Shown: positions 1 to 10,492, counted from the stretch's first letter. The stretch: 56,397 bases of DNA from Bdellovibrionota bacterium FG-2 (GCA_051382305.1 JBBCAV010000168.1:1-56397), one strand, 5' to 3'. Made by a program: numbers and translations. Notes: generated by a model not told the origin, from the sequence alone.

Positions 1-2
1 CC

Positions 3-905
3 CTTAATCATCTCTACGCAGCCATGCTAAGTCATCACGGCGATGTGGCCGATCCGGCCCGCATTGAAGATCCTGACCGTAAGGGCACCGTTGAGAATGC
101 AATCAATCATACACAGGAAACCGCTCTAAAAGGGCGCAAATTTGAGTCTATTGAGGAACAAAATGAGCATCTCATGCACTGGGAAGAGAAGTGGGCGGCC
201 CCACGAATCCATGGTCGGACGAAGCGGCAGGTGCAAGCAATGTTCGAAGAGGAAAAGCCATTCTTAAAGCCAATGGCCATCAATCCCTTCCGCTACTTCA
301 AACAGGAAGTACGTACGGTATGGGATGACGGCCTCATTCAAGTGGGGCAATCCTATTACGCCGCTCTGCCTGCAATCTTGTTCACTGAGGTGTGGGTTAG
401 AATCTATGACCTTGAGATCGAGATTCTCGATCAAAAGACCATGACAATATTGCGGCGGCATCGCAGGAGGGAGCGCCCAGGTGAGATTGCCTTTGAGCCT
501 GGGGATCGGATCTTTAATCCTTCGCGGGAAACGGAGCGACTCCTCAAGCAGGCAGAAGCTATTGGCCCTTGGACGAGTAAAATGTGCCAAGAAATGTTTA
601 AAGAAAATGGCCGCATTGGACAAAAGAAAATCCAAGGCATTGTGTCACTAAGTCGAAAACACTCATCTGCACGTATTGAATCGGCCTGCAAATCTGCGTT
701 CGAGCGGCACGCCTGGTCCTCGCGAGCAGTGAGGCTTCTGATTGAAAGTCGCATTGAGCAAGAAGAGGCCGAAGAAGCCGCAAAACCACGACAACTTGAT
801 TTACTTCAAGACCACGAATCCATCCGTCCCATCACTGAATATCAAACGTTTTGGGACGCATACGCCCAAATTAACACCGAAAACGACGCTTATGTCGCCG
901 AATAA
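3..905 (+). CDS. istA: IS21-family transposase IstA, 5'-truncated by the window edge
   Basis: Frame is open from position 3 (LNHLYAAMLSHHG). DPDRKGTVE motif carries the third catalytic Glu. The RIHGRT and VWDDGLIQVGQSYY segments are typical of IstA C-terminal regions. Confidence 0.9.
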   Translation, partial: LNHLYAAMLSHHGDVADPARIEDPDRKGTVENAINHTQETALKGRKFESIEEQNEHLMHWEEKWAAPRIHGRTKRQVQAMFEEEKPFLKPMAINPFRYFKQEVRTVWDDGLIQVGQSYYAALPAILFTEVWVRIYDLEIEILDQKTMTILRRHRRRERPGEIAFEPGDRIFNPSRETERLLKQAEAIGPWTSKMCQEMFKENGRIGQKKIQGIVSLSRKHSSARIESACKSAFERHAWSSRAVRLLIESRIEQEEAEEAAKPRQLDLLQDHESIRPITEYQTFWDAYAQINTENDAYVAE

Positions 906-937
906 ACCCCGTATTTGAGAACGAAAGGAAAAGTAGA

Positions 938-1705
938 ATGCCAATGTCCATGACTGAAATCGAACAAACCCTCAGGGTGCTCAGGCTCCCTGGCATCAGG
1001 GAAACCTTTGGGGCTCGAGCCCTGGAGGCCGCGCAAGGGCACATCCCCTTCGTTGATGCCTTCTCAATGCTTCTTCAAGATGAACTTGATCGAAGAAAAA
1101 CAAAACTGGTTGAACGCAGATTTGCTCTCTCTGGCCTCACTGAGAAAAAAACTCTCTCGGAGTTCGATTGGAGCTTCAATCCGAAGGTACCGAGGCGGGC
1201 TTGCTTCGAACTGACGGCTCTCAAATTCATCACAAACCGTGAGGATGCGATTCTTCTGGGGCCACCGGGAACGGGGAAAAGTCACATTGCGAAGGCAGTC
1301 GCCCACGCCGCAATCTTAGCGGGGCATAGGGTCTTTTATCGAGAGGCACACAAATTGTTCATTGACGTCTTCCAGGCGAAGACTCTTGGGACCTTCAAAA
1401 AACTTGCGGCTCAAATCCAGGGCGCGGACCTCGTATGTATCGATGACCTGTTCTTGAGAAAACTACCTGTGGACGCTGGAGACGAGTTCATTGAAATCGT
1501 TATGAATCGATACGAAAAGGCCAGCACCATGATCACATCAATTCGCCCTATACAGGACTGGCCAAAGCTCGACGGAGACGTCTTATTCACCGCCCCAGTC
1601 TTCGATCGTCTCATCCATCATGGAAACCTCCTTAAGTTCGAGGGGCGAAGCTATAGGATGAAAGAAGCAACAAACAGGGTTGCCAAAAAAGAATCTTCAG
1701 ATTAA
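938..1705 (+). CDS. istB: IS21-family helper AAA+ ATPase IstB
   Basis: KTLSEFDWSFNP, Walker A GPPGTGKSH, Walker B VCIDDL, DRLIHH and GRSYR motifs; AAAGGA RBS upstream. Confidence 0.95.
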   Translation: MPMSMTEIEQTLRVLRLPGIRETFGARALEAAQGHIPFVDAFSMLLQDELDRRKTKLVERRFALSGLTEKKTLSEFDWSFNPKVPRRACFELTALKFITNREDAILLGPPGTGKSHIAKAVAHAAILAGHRVFYREAHKLFIDVFQAKTLGTFKKLAAQIQGADLVCIDDLFLRKLPVDAGDEFIEIVMNRYEKASTMITSIRPIQDWPKLDGDVLFTAPVFDRLIHHGNLLKFEGRSYRMKEATNRVAKKESSD

Positions 1706-1723
1706 AGCTGCGAGGGTCTTGCT

Positions 1724-1780
1724 ACTGGCCGGTTTTACCCCGGCCACGACTGGCCGCTTATAAAGTGGCCGCCGGGGTCA
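1724..1780. repeat. IS21 right terminal repeats (transposase-binding repeats)
   Basis: ACTGGCCGGTTTTACCCCGGCC (1724-1745) and ACTGGCCGCTTATAAAGTGGCC (1749-1770), then a terminal CA at 1779-1780. Confidence 0.7.
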
Positions 1781-2169
1781 AGAGACCACATTCACTTAAG
1801 AACTCGGTTGCTTACGATGCCCACCTCCTCTACGGTAAAAGGATGGTTATACTATTACAAATGGTTCTTAAACAAATCGTCAAAACGATGACCTCTCCAC
1901 TGCGGTTGATCGCGGTCATCCTTGTTATGGTTCTCCTTGGTGTCACCACAAACGAACTCGTCCAATATGCCACGCAGGGGGCTCGGGGCTTCCAGTCACT
2001 TTATTCACGTTTACCGAAATAGGATCACATGTGTTGCGCGGCGGTGCACCACAGGAACAGAACTCGCGAGCCGCCGTACAACGCGTAATTGCATGTGGCA
2101 ATTGATAAAACTTTCACTTAGTCAAAGTTTTGGCGCGCTACCATTACCCTTTCGAAAAGGGTTCTTTGA

Positions 2170-3117
2170 TTACGCCGATTTCAATTTATGTGACCGCCGA
2201 CGAGGGTTCTCGTCCTCAAGTTTTTCAATTAGAGCTGCGGTATCTTCATAGCCCGGATAAAGACGCTCAGTATCACGAAGGTGATCAAGGGCAAGATCTT
2301 GCCGACCATGCTCCAAAAGACATTTTGCGTACCAGTAATGCACGAAATATTTCACTTTTCGCCCGGCGTCCGTTCGATCCTGGATTAGGGTGATGAGACT
2401 TTCCGTACATGCCTGAAGGTTGCCAAGCCTGGAGTAAAGTCTGGCCTCATATACAACTTTAATGTGACTAGCCAGGACACACTTAGGAAGCAGCTCTAAT
2501 CCAGCTTCACAAAATTTCGGATCACTGAGGCAAACTAGCAAAATTTCTTCCGGCTGTTTTTGTTGAATGAAGCGCTTCGTTTCAGGGGAGGTCGTTTCAA
2601 ATGCTTCAAAAATTTCTTTAGTTGGCCTTGATGCCTCTCTCAGCGCCTCAAGTTTGGCAAGTTCTTCAGCGCGCTGAAGCAGCATTCGCTTTTGTTGATC
2701 TCGTGCTTCTTGCCTGTCTTTTTCCTCTTGAAGTGCACATTGTCGATTTTCCTCAGCGCATTGTGTGATGAGATCCTGACGAATCTTCAGATATAGAAAA
2801 AGCGGAATCGCGCCTATTGCCACGGCAGCGAACGCAGGAATCCAACCATCGAGAGAGAAACTGGAGATATTACTGCTGCCGAATATTAGCCACAGCCTAA
2901 AACCACCCGCTGCCCAAAATGGCAGACAGGCTGCCGCAGCATACATTGAAGCTTTCTCCTTTTTACCCGAATCAATATCCGGAAGCGTTTTCCAGTTCGT
3001 TACCAAGATGTATGTGACTAATATCGCAGGAACTAAAGAGACCAAAATTACAGCAGCACCTACGACAATCACAAGTGCAACTATTGCGAAGTTTTCGAAG
3101 TCTTTGTTTTTAGCCAT
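2170..3117 (-). CDS. Membrane protein with coiled coil and C-terminal TPR repeats
   Basis: Three hydrophobic N-terminal segments, a Q/E/K-rich coil, and a TPR-like end (YWYAKCLLEHGRQDLALDHL...YPGYED). Start taken at ATG 3117. Confidence 0.65.
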   Translation of the reverse strand: MAKNKDFENFAIVALVIVVGAAVILVSLVPAILVTYILVTNWKTLPDIDSGKKEKASMYAAAACLPFWAAGGFRLWLIFGSSNISSFSLDGWIPAFAAVAIGAIPLFLYLKIRQDLITQCAEENRQCALQEEKDRQEARDQQKRMLLQRAEELAKLEALREASRPTKEIFEAFETTSPETKRFIQQKQPEEILLVCLSDPKFCEAGLELLPKCVLASHIKVVYEARLYSRLGNLQACTESLITLIQDRTDAGRKVKYFVHYWYAKCLLEHGRQDLALDHLRDTERLYPGYEDTAALIEKLEDENPRRRSHKLKSA

Positions 3118-3191
3118 AGGGGGTTGCCTTCTCTTTCTTTTCAAGGAGCGTGGGCGATCAAATAACCAACATTAAAATCATTAGCTCCGTC

Positions 3192-3728
3192 CTAAATTCT
3201 AAACACGTATTTTCTCGCCGTATTGAGCCTGTCTGCGAGGAGGTGAATCAAGTCGGATACCCAAATACCTCCCACAAAGGAAACTACCAAGTTCCACTGC
3301 GACATAAAAGCGTGCCAGGAGTGAACAAACCATGAAACTGACATTGAAGTTGCAGACGCTACCGCTCTATTAAGGGGGGCATCTCCCGTGATCTGGGTTA
3401 GGAAAGAATAGCTGAACAATCCAAAAGAACAAAGAAGTGACAAATAGATAATGCGGGTAAAGCTACCAAACACCACACTGTGAGAAAGGCTTCGGTGGGG
3501 AAATAGTCTTCGATAGGGGCGCCAGAATACTGATAATAGTTTCCAGCGTTGACTCGGGCCGGAGTACTCCGTATCTAGGTCAGGACTAAACAAAAATGTG
3601 GCAAAAACAAATCCGATGCTTCCGGCTATAATCCATTCAAGCTTAACGTCGGGCAATGTCGTGGCATAATATGCGGCAGGCGGGAGTAAAATCGAATTAA
3701 TAATGTTGTGGGTTTTTCCAGATGGCAT
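3192..3728 (-). CDS. DUF2227-like putative metal-binding membrane protein
   Basis: MPSGKTH start, FSPDLD, RW..FWRPY, HRSLSHS and terminal HLLAD motifs. Confidence 0.8.
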   Translation of the reverse strand: MPSGKTHNIINSILLPPAAYYATTLPDVKLEWIIAGSIGFVFATFLFSPDLDTEYSGPSQRWKLLSVFWRPYRRLFPHRSLSHSVVFGSFTRIIYLSLLCSFGLFSYSFLTQITGDAPLNRAVASATSMSVSWFVHSWHAFMSQWNLVVSFVGGIWVSDLIHLLADRLNTARKYVFRI

Positions 3729-3738
3729 TTCTAGCACC

Positions 3739-4377
3739 TCATAATGCCGAGACGGTCATATTAAAGGACACAGTCGAAACATTTCCGCTACCATCCGTTA
3801 TTGTGAGCACGAAGGGTATAATGGAACCATCTGGAGTGGTTACTGGTATAGTGATTCGAAACGCACTCGTCGATGAGGGAGACAAAGCTGAAGAGGCAGT
3901 GGTATAGCTGCTATGATTAACGGCAGATTGGTAATAACCACTACCATTAATTGTTCCATAACTCTTCGTCGCATTTGCTGGGTCGATCGTGACGAGATCG
4001 CTCGTTGTTGAGAGAGTACCGCTGGCTCCCAGTAAACCTGACGTCCCAGTGTTTTTTACGGAAATATCCATCCGAACTGTCTCATTTTTATTTGGAATGC
4101 TGTCGCCATTTCCCGACGCAGAATAGGAACTTCCATCGTAGACTGAGAATGCGCCAAAACAAACCGTGTCAGTGCAGGAAGGTGAAGGCGATGGTGTAGC
4201 CGCTGCGCTTGGAGTGGCACTCTCACCAGAAGATGAAGTCGCCGCACTAGTCGTGGCCTCAGTGTAATTCGAAGGGATATCCGTAAAAGAAAGACCATCA
4301 CTTGATGATGGGCCACAGGCGGCAAGAAGCCAGGTAAGCAACGCTGACGCCACAATTAACGAAGGATACCCTCTCAT
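3739..4377 (-). CDS. Lipoprotein with Ser/Thr/Pro linker and Ig-like beta-sandwich domain
   Basis: Lipobox LLAAC, low-complexity linker, NGD.IPNKNETVRMDISVKNTG beta-rich domain. Confidence 0.7.
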   Translation of the reverse strand: MRGYPSLIVASALLTWLLAACGPSSSDGLSFTDIPSNYTEATTSAATSSSGESATPSAAATPSPSPSCTDTVCFGAFSVYDGSSYSASGNGDSIPNKNETVRMDISVKNTGTSGLLGASGTLSTTSDLVTIDPANATKSYGTINGSGYYQSAVNHSSYTTASSALSPSSTSAFRITIPVTTPDGSIIPFVLTITDGSGNVSTVSFNMTVSAL

Positions 4378-4485
4378 ATATCTATGAATCCCTTTAGATC
4401 ATGATATATTTCCATACTGAATTAATCAAGTATTTTTCTTAACAAAAACAAGTTTTTAGCGATATGACATATCGCGTTAAATACT

Positions 4486-5061
4486 CTATTCTTTACAGGA
4501 ACTTACATTGTCTGTCGTTAGAGCATTTATCTCTTCGGCCAGTTTTCCGCTTGTGCGCAAAGAGCTTAATTCCGCACCCGCCCAGGACCTGAAAACTCGC
4601 CCCTGGGGGTCGATTATCACGAGCTTGGGGATTACCTTTAGATTGTAAGAGTATTTCAATGTCCCCCTAGGATCAGCCAAAATGTTGAACTTAATATCAT
4701 TCGCCCGCGCAAACTGAGCTGCCGTTTCGCGATCCTCCATCTCATCTACAAGCACAACGCTGGCACGATCAACTAGTGGAGAGTTCTTGTCTCTAAATAG
4801 CGTTTCGAGCAAATGTATTTCATCAAGGCACCCAACACAGTCCTTCTGGAAAAAACTAATTATCAAAAACCGACTGGAATTCTCCTTGCGCCATTGCTCC
4901 AAGGTAAACAATTCACCCGGAATATTTCTGAGACTAAGCGGCGGTGCTTTGACGCAATTTTCCTTCTTTCCTTTGCTGTGATCTTGACCAGCAAAGCACT
5001 GATTGGCACCAAACAGTGCGCAAAGCAGAACGATGTGTAAAACTTTTAGAATGAGATTCAT
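4486..5061 (-). CDS. TlpA/redoxin-family thioredoxin-fold protein, exported
   Basis: Signal peptide from MNLILKV (ATG 5061), FFQKDCVGC (CxxC), ILADPRG, IPKLVIIDPQGRV. Confidence 0.85.
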   Translation of the reverse strand: MNLILKVLHIVLLCALFGANQCFAGQDHSKGKKENCVKAPPLSLRNIPGELFTLEQWRKENSSRFLIISFFQKDCVGCLDEIHLLETLFRDKNSPLVDRASVVLVDEMEDRETAAQFARANDIKFNILADPRGTLKYSYNLKVIPKLVIIDPQGRVFRSWAGAELSSLRTSGKLAEEINALTTDNVSSCKE

Positions 5062-5119
5062 TCCGGTTCCCTTTCGGCTGGGTTCAACTATACTTAAGAA
5101 ATAGGAAATTCTCATTATA

Positions 5120-7225
5120 ATGACTAGGAATCTAATTAGCAACTTTTGCAGATCGCTTTTTGCGCTTCTGTTTTGTGGGACAGTTCTTGCCGATGGTTTT
5201 TCTGTTAGGAAAGTCCTCTTTATTGTGCCTTTAGACCCAATAGACAACGTCGTTGACATCAAAAATCTCCCACTTCTTAGAGATGCAATCCAGGATGCCT
5301 ATCAAAACTCAGGAAAGTATATTCTGACTACAGTGGACGATGCAAAAATTCGTGCAGACATCGGCAAATACAACGAACATTGTACCGACAAAGAGTCGTG
5401 TATTGTCAAAGAAGCCGAAAAGGCGTCAGCAGAACTATACTTGATCACAAAAGTAAATTGCCCGGAAAACCAAAACTGTATCTTAACGATGATCATCAAG
5501 GACACCAATAAGAATATAATCGTGAAAACGGAAACCCTCACCACTCCAAAGCGTGACGTGGTTTCGCTAGCTGAAAAGTTGAAGTTATTATCGCTAACAA
5601 TGCTAACTGACAAAGTCACATCAGTCGGCAGCGGACAAATGAGGACCGTATCAATTCGGAGCAACCCCTCCGGAGCAAAACTATATATCGATGATAAGCC
5701 TATGGGTCCGACTGATTGGAAGGGCGAAATTTCAGTGGGACAGCACCGGATGCTAATACAGTCATCTGTGACTAAATTCGCCCCCCTTAACGACACCATT
5801 GAAGTATTTCCGGGCACAGGGGTTCAAGAAATTACAAAAACTCTTGTTACCAATGCAGCAACCGTCCAGCTAGATATCATTCCACCACAGGCAAGCGTTG
5901 TTTTGGACGGAAAACCACTTACAGAGAGAGAATTGCGCATTCCGCTTCAAGAACAAAAAACTATACAAATTTCACTGAAGGGCTACAAGGAAACTACTTT
6001 TAATCTTGGACAGGATAGACCCTACGAAGAACCGAAAATTTATGTTGAAAAAATCAAACTCGAACCGCTCCCGTGTGACGTAGATTTGATAACCAACCCT
6101 CCTGGCGTAACGGTGACTATAGACAATGAAAAAGAGCGAACGACGGACAGCTTAGGCCATCTTAAAATTTCCCTAGAAAGCGGCAAACATTCTTTCGCTT
6201 TTGAGAAAAGGGACTTTCACCCTAGAGTTGAACCAATTGTATTAGAACCGGGAGAGAATTTTTCACGCGTGTTTGACCTCAAACCAGGGAACCGCGATGT
6301 ATCTGTTGAAATTCAATCTGACCCATCGGGCGCGGACGTCGAAATTAACGGCAAGAGCGCTTCGTCAACCCCTTTTCGTAAGGATATGCAACCGGGGCAG
6401 TACAGCATTGTTTTAACGAAGGACGACTATTATCCCCGCCGGGAGACAATTACAGTTGAACCGAAAAAAGGATTTTCGCAGCGTTTCACCTTACCTTCCA
6501 TCCCGCCACTCGTCCCACCAATGAAACGCCTTCCTGCACTGACATTGGGTCTGTTTTTCGGCGCTGGCAGTGGTGCATATAAAGATACAACCTTCAGTGA
6601 AACGTCACCCGCTGAATCAGCGACGATCACGGTTGACCATGCGGGCGGGGCTGTAGCCTCCTTGGGAATATGGAGTCAGTTAAGAATTTGGAAGTTTTTG
6701 GGGATACGCGGGGCTTACTCGGGGCAGTCGACGTGGAATTCCCTTGGGAGTACGGGCTCATCTTCTGGTTCGTCATCCAGCGCGCCAACATCACAACAAA
6801 TATATATTTCTAGTAACGGAACCAATTTTCACGGGAAGGTTTCAAAGTACTCAGAAGGGGGAAGTCTTTTAGCTGCCGGTCCCGCTTTTATTTTTCAAGT
6901 TAGCGACTCAGCAGAGTTTATCGTGCATCCCCACTGGGTCCAGAGCAAAACGAATTTTTCCTTCTCGGGAGGGGACGTGGAAAATGCAGATACTACTCAA
7001 ACCGCCACCAATCCTCTTAGCGATAAAAGCTATTCGTCGCCCGCTTGGACCAATACTGGCTGGGGTGTTGAACTTGATTTACACGCAATGGGCTCGGCGG
7101 AAAAAGCGAATCTTATCGGTGGTTACGAGGGTGCGCTAGGGGTTCGTAGTTTTAAAAGTTCAGGTATCTTTGTAGGTCAAACGACATTCTACTGTACTCT
7201 TTCATTCCTACTTGGGTGGTTTTAA
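5120..7225 (+). CDS. PEGA-repeat protein with N-terminal TolB_N/CsgG-like domain and C-terminal probable outer-membrane beta-barrel (copy 1)
   Basis: Signal peptide; four S/TxPxGA.v.iDG PEGA-type repeats; Gly/aromatic-rich C-terminus ending in terminal Phe (LLGWF). Confidence 0.85.
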   Translation: MTRNLISNFCRSLFALLFCGTVLADGFSVRKVLFIVPLDPIDNVVDIKNLPLLRDAIQDAYQNSGKYILTTVDDAKIRADIGKYNEHCTDKESCIVKEAEKASAELYLITKVNCPENQNCILTMIIKDTNKNIIVKTETLTTPKRDVVSLAEKLKLLSLTMLTDKVTSVGSGQMRTVSIRSNPSGAKLYIDDKPMGPTDWKGEISVGQHRMLIQSSVTKFAPLNDTIEVFPGTGVQEITKTLVTNAATVQLDIIPPQASVVLDGKPLTERELRIPLQEQKTIQISLKGYKETTFNLGQDRPYEEPKIYVEKIKLEPLPCDVDLITNPPGVTVTIDNEKERTTDSLGHLKISLESGKHSFAFEKRDFHPRVEPIVLEPGENFSRVFDLKPGNRDVSVEIQSDPSGADVEINGKSASSTPFRKDMQPGQYSIVLTKDDYYPRRETITVEPKKGFSQRFTLPSIPPLVPPMKRLPALTLGLFFGAGSGAYKDTTFSETSPAESATITVDHAGGAVASLGIWSQLRIWKFLGIRGAYSGQSTWNSLGSTGSSSGSSSSAPTSQQIYISSNGTNFHGKVSKYSEGGSLLAAGPAFIFQVSDSAEFIVHPHWVQSKTNFSFSGGDVENADTTQTATNPLSDKSYSSPAWTNTGWGVELDLHAMGSAEKANLIGGYEGALGVRSFKSSGIFVGQTTFYCTLSFLLGWF

Positions 7226-9375
7226 TCTTGCGGCGCAACATCACTAGATCGATGCTAGTTTTTCTTTGCCGCGTCCTCCCTTATTCAAACGCAAACTCAG
7301 GAAAGACTCAGAATCTCATTGCCAATTTTTGCAGATCGCTTTTCACGCTCCTAGTGTGTGGAACCGTTCTTGCCGCAGACCCTTCGATAAAAAAAATTCT
7401 TTTTATCGCGCCGGTCGAAGTGAGTAAAGGGGTTGTCGAAGGAGAAATCCTTACCCTTCTCACGAATGCGGTTCGCGAAGCGTATCAAAACTCTGGAAAG
7501 TACATCCTGGTTTCAATGGATGACGCCAATATTCGTGCACAAGTATCTAAATACAACCAAGCATGTAGCAGCGTGGAAGAATGTATTGTGAAAGAAGCTG
7601 AGAAAAAAGCGGCAGACCTCTATTTGAGAACTGCGGTAATTTGTCCCGAAAACCAGGACTGTAACTTGACGATGATTCTGAAGGACCACAATCAGAATGT
7701 AGTCGTGCGGACCGAGAGCTTAACAACGCCAAAGCGCGATGCGATTTCTCTAATTGAAAAGGTGAAAAATTTATCGCTTACCATGCTGACCGACAAAGTA
7801 TCGGCAGTAGGTAGCGGACGGATGAGAACAGTAACGATTCGAAGCAATCCCTCTGGAGCAGAGCTATTCATCGATAATGATTCCGTGGGCAAAACTCCTT
7901 GGACCGGAGAAATCGCTATTGGGCAACACCCCATGTCGATATCACCAACGGTAAGAAAATTCGCCCCTATTGCCGAGACCCTTGAAGTATTCCCTGGCAA
8001 AGGGGCCATAGAAATCGATCGCAATCTCGTCACAAACTTCGCGACAGTCCTGCTAGAAATAATTCCGCCCCAAGCTAATTTGGTATTGGATGGAAAAGAG
8101 TTTTCAAAAAAAGAACTACGCATCCCGCTTCAAGAACAAAGAACTCTACAAGTTTCGTTCAAGGGCTATGAAAATAGTAGTTTCAAACTTGGACCATACG
8201 AAGAACCGCGAAATTATCCCGAAAAACTAGAACTCCAAGCGCTCCCGGGCGATCTATTACTGATAACCAATCCGCCAGGTGTAGCAGTAATAATCGATGA
8301 CTTGCCGGAACAGAAGACAGATGGCAAGGGACATCTACGTCTTAGACCAGAGAGAGGAAAGCATCGTTTTGCGCTCAAAAAGGATGGCTATCAAACCACT
8401 ATTGAGGAGATCGTTATAGAGCCGGGTGAAACCATTGCGCGCACTTACACACTTGCGCCGGGGAACCGTGATGTCTCTGTCAGTATTAAATCAAACCCAT
8501 CGGGCGCGGACGTCGAAATTGATGGCAAACTCGTTTCATCAACCCCCTTTGACAGAAAAATGCAGCCCGGAAATTACAAAATTGTCCTAACTAAGGACGG
8601 CTACAATAGCGAAACCGAAACTATCTCGGTTGAACCGGAGCGAAACTTCGCGAAGCATTTCACCTTGAGAACCCCGAGCCCACCGGAACCCTTCACCCCG
8701 CCAATGAAACCCTTTCCTGCGATGTTGTTTGGCCTATTTGCCGGCATTGGAGGGAGCGCGTATAACGATACTAGCGTCAGTTTTTCCTCACCCGCTGAGT
8801 CTGCGACAATCACTGTGGACACGGCAAGTAGTTCAAATGCGTTCTTGGGTTTTTGGAGTCAGCTTCGCATCTGGAAATATCTTGGAATTCGGGGAGCCTA
8901 TTCGAAGCAATGGGGGCTTTTCTCGCGAAACTCCGCTGGCGGAACAATCCCTCACATTTCCGTTTCTAGCGGTGGAACCACTTTTCATGGGTATGTTTTG
9001 AAATCGTCAGAAGGGGGAAGCCTCTGGATGGCGGGCCCAGCTCTCATGTTTCAGACGAGCGACACATGGGAGTTCTTCATTCATCCATACTTCGCTCAAA
9101 GCAAAGCAAGTTTTTCATTTTCAGGCGAAGATGTCAGAGGCACTTTGATACTCGATGCAAGCCCCCTCAGTAATCAGGACTACTCCTCTCCCCCTTGGAC
9201 AAATAATGGAGGGGGAATTGAACTTGGTTTTCAAGGATTATTGCCTGAAAAAAACATTCGGATGCCTGTTGGTTTAGGCCTAGCACTGGGATTTCGTAGT
9301 TTTGGAAGGTCAGACGTCTTTGCGGGGCAAAGCTCAATCTACTTTAACTTGTCATGCATGATGGGATGGCTCTGA
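7216..9375 (+). CDS. PEGA-repeat protein, tandem paralogue (copy 2); start uncertain
   Basis: Collinear with copy 1 (AYQNSGKYIL, CIVKEAEK, SNPSGA, WSQLRIWK, YSSP.WTN); ends MMGWL. Confidence 0.85.
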   Translation: MVLILRRNITRSMLVFLCRVLPYSNANSGKTQNLIANFCRSLFTLLVCGTVLAADPSIKKILFIAPVEVSKGVVEGEILTLLTNAVREAYQNSGKYILVSMDDANIRAQVSKYNQACSSVEECIVKEAEKKAADLYLRTAVICPENQDCNLTMILKDHNQNVVVRTESLTTPKRDAISLIEKVKNLSLTMLTDKVSAVGSGRMRTVTIRSNPSGAELFIDNDSVGKTPWTGEIAIGQHPMSISPTVRKFAPIAETLEVFPGKGAIEIDRNLVTNFATVLLEIIPPQANLVLDGKEFSKKELRIPLQEQRTLQVSFKGYENSSFKLGPYEEPRNYPEKLELQALPGDLLLITNPPGVAVIIDDLPEQKTDGKGHLRLRPERGKHRFALKKDGYQTTIEEIVIEPGETIARTYTLAPGNRDVSVSIKSNPSGADVEIDGKLVSSTPFDRKMQPGNYKIVLTKDGYNSETETISVEPERNFAKHFTLRTPSPPEPFTPPMKPFPAMLFGLFAGIGGSAYNDTSVSFSSPAESATITVDTASSSNAFLGFWSQLRIWKYLGIRGAYSKQWGLFSRNSAGGTIPHISVSSGGTTFHGYVLKSSEGGSLWMAGPALMFQTSDTWEFFIHPYFAQSKASFSFSGEDVRGTLILDASPLSNQDYSSPPWTNNGGGIELGFQGLLPEKNIRMPVGLGLALGFRSFGRSDVFAGQSSIYFNLSCMMGWL

Positions 9376-9746
9376 TCTTGCGGCACATCACTGGAGCAGT
9401 TCTAATTTCTCTTTCCAGTTGCCTCCTATGTTCAATGGCAAATGGCGCAAAGGTTCTGGACTGCAAGGCCAAACTTGGGCCGCCAATGCAAGTTTTCATC
9501 ACTCCTTTTCATGGGTACAAAATAAAGACCGATAAAAATCTACATGTTTTTATAAACAAGCACGAGTGTCCCGTCGCAGCCGTCAAAAATACGGGCAAGG
9601 TAGGAACCTTGACACTAGAAAAATGTGACTCCGCAGAAACTCTTCCGTCTATTCAAATTAAAGCGGGGCTGTGCCGCAAAGACGAGTGTCTCTTGCCTAG
9701 CTTCTATCCTTGTCAAATTCTTGGCGTGCCTGCCAAAATGGATTGA
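9366..9746 (+). CDS. Small secreted Cys-containing hypothetical protein
   Basis: Hydrophobic signal-like N-terminus and several Cys; start overlaps the end of PEGA copy 2. Confidence 0.6.
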   Translation: MALILRHITGAVLISLSSCLLCSMANGAKVLDCKAKLGPPMQVFITPFHGYKIKTDKNLHVFINKHECPVAAVKNTGKVGTLTLEKCDSAETLPSIQIKAGLCRKDECLLPSFYPCQILGVPAKMD

Positions 9747-9850
9747 ATTGAAAATATGCAATATTTGAATAGAACCTTGCCATATGCCGTAATCGCTGTA
9801 GAATTTAAGAAATTCACAAATACCGTAAACCTAGCCACCAAGGAGCTCAT

Positions 9851-10477
9851 ATGACGAAAAATACTGCCGTTCTTGCGATTTTTGGAATAACTCTGCTTTT
9901 GGGATCGGGGTGTTCGTCACTGACACGTGATCCAAATGTAATTCAGGCGAGCCACGATAAGAAGCCCAACTGGACCGAGGAGCCTGGCGGTAAAACAGAA
10001 AATGGGAATCATTTTTTTGTTGGCGCGGCAAGAAACATGATTGATCTTGATGGCGCTATTCAGGCGGCATCCTTGGACGCTGATCAGAAGATTGTCGAGC
10101 GGGTGAAGGTGGCAATTGTTTCCTCTGTGGCAAAGTCCAGAAATTCTGGCAATATTCAGGGCACAGAAGATACAAGTGTCGAAAATGGAAATATACCACA
10201 AACATCTTTGGATCAGGTCATCGGCAAGGCGGCCAAGGCGGTACTTTCAAACATTGAGATGTCAGGTCAATATTGGGTAAAACAGAAACTTGAGGACGAA
10301 AAAACTGGCAAAACAAAAATTCTTTACACAGCATGGAGCAGAAAGGAAGCTACCGCGAACCAACTGCGCGAGATGATTGATCGTGCCAACGGATTTCTAA
10401 AAGAGGAAAAGAAAATGAACCGTTACATGAGCAATCAGGCCCTCGAGTCTGCGAAAGAGTTGGTCGACAAACCCTAA
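9851..10477 (+). CDS. LPP20-like lipoprotein
   Basis: AAGGAG RBS, lipobox LGSGC, KPNW...FFVG...A...A pattern typical of LPP20-type domains. Confidence 0.65.
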   Translation: MTKNTAVLAIFGITLLLGSGCSSLTRDPNVIQASHDKKPNWTEEPGGKTENGNHFFVGAARNMIDLDGAIQAASLDADQKIVERVKVAIVSSVAKSRNSGNIQGTEDTSVENGNIPQTSLDQVIGKAAKAVLSNIEMSGQYWVKQKLEDEKTGKTKILYTAWSRKEATANQLREMIDRANGFLKEEKKMNRYMSNQALESAKELVDKP

Positions 10478-10492
10478 CTTTTGGGACTAGAA

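Larger units (their letters stand above)
1..1780 (+). mobile_element. IS21-family insertion sequence, right part (left end outside window)
   Basis: istA-like and istB-like ORFs in tandem, followed by repeated TGGCC-rich terminal motifs ending in ...GGGGTCA at about 1780. Confidence 0.88.

Noticed and set aside
1765-2169. Short ORFs just after the IS21 end
   Set aside because: They cross the IS boundary or lack an RBS and motifs; no interrupted target gene is recognisable.
5062-5262. N-terminal extension of the redoxin ORF
   Set aside because: It overlaps the divergent PEGA gene; the signal peptide begins at ATG 5061.
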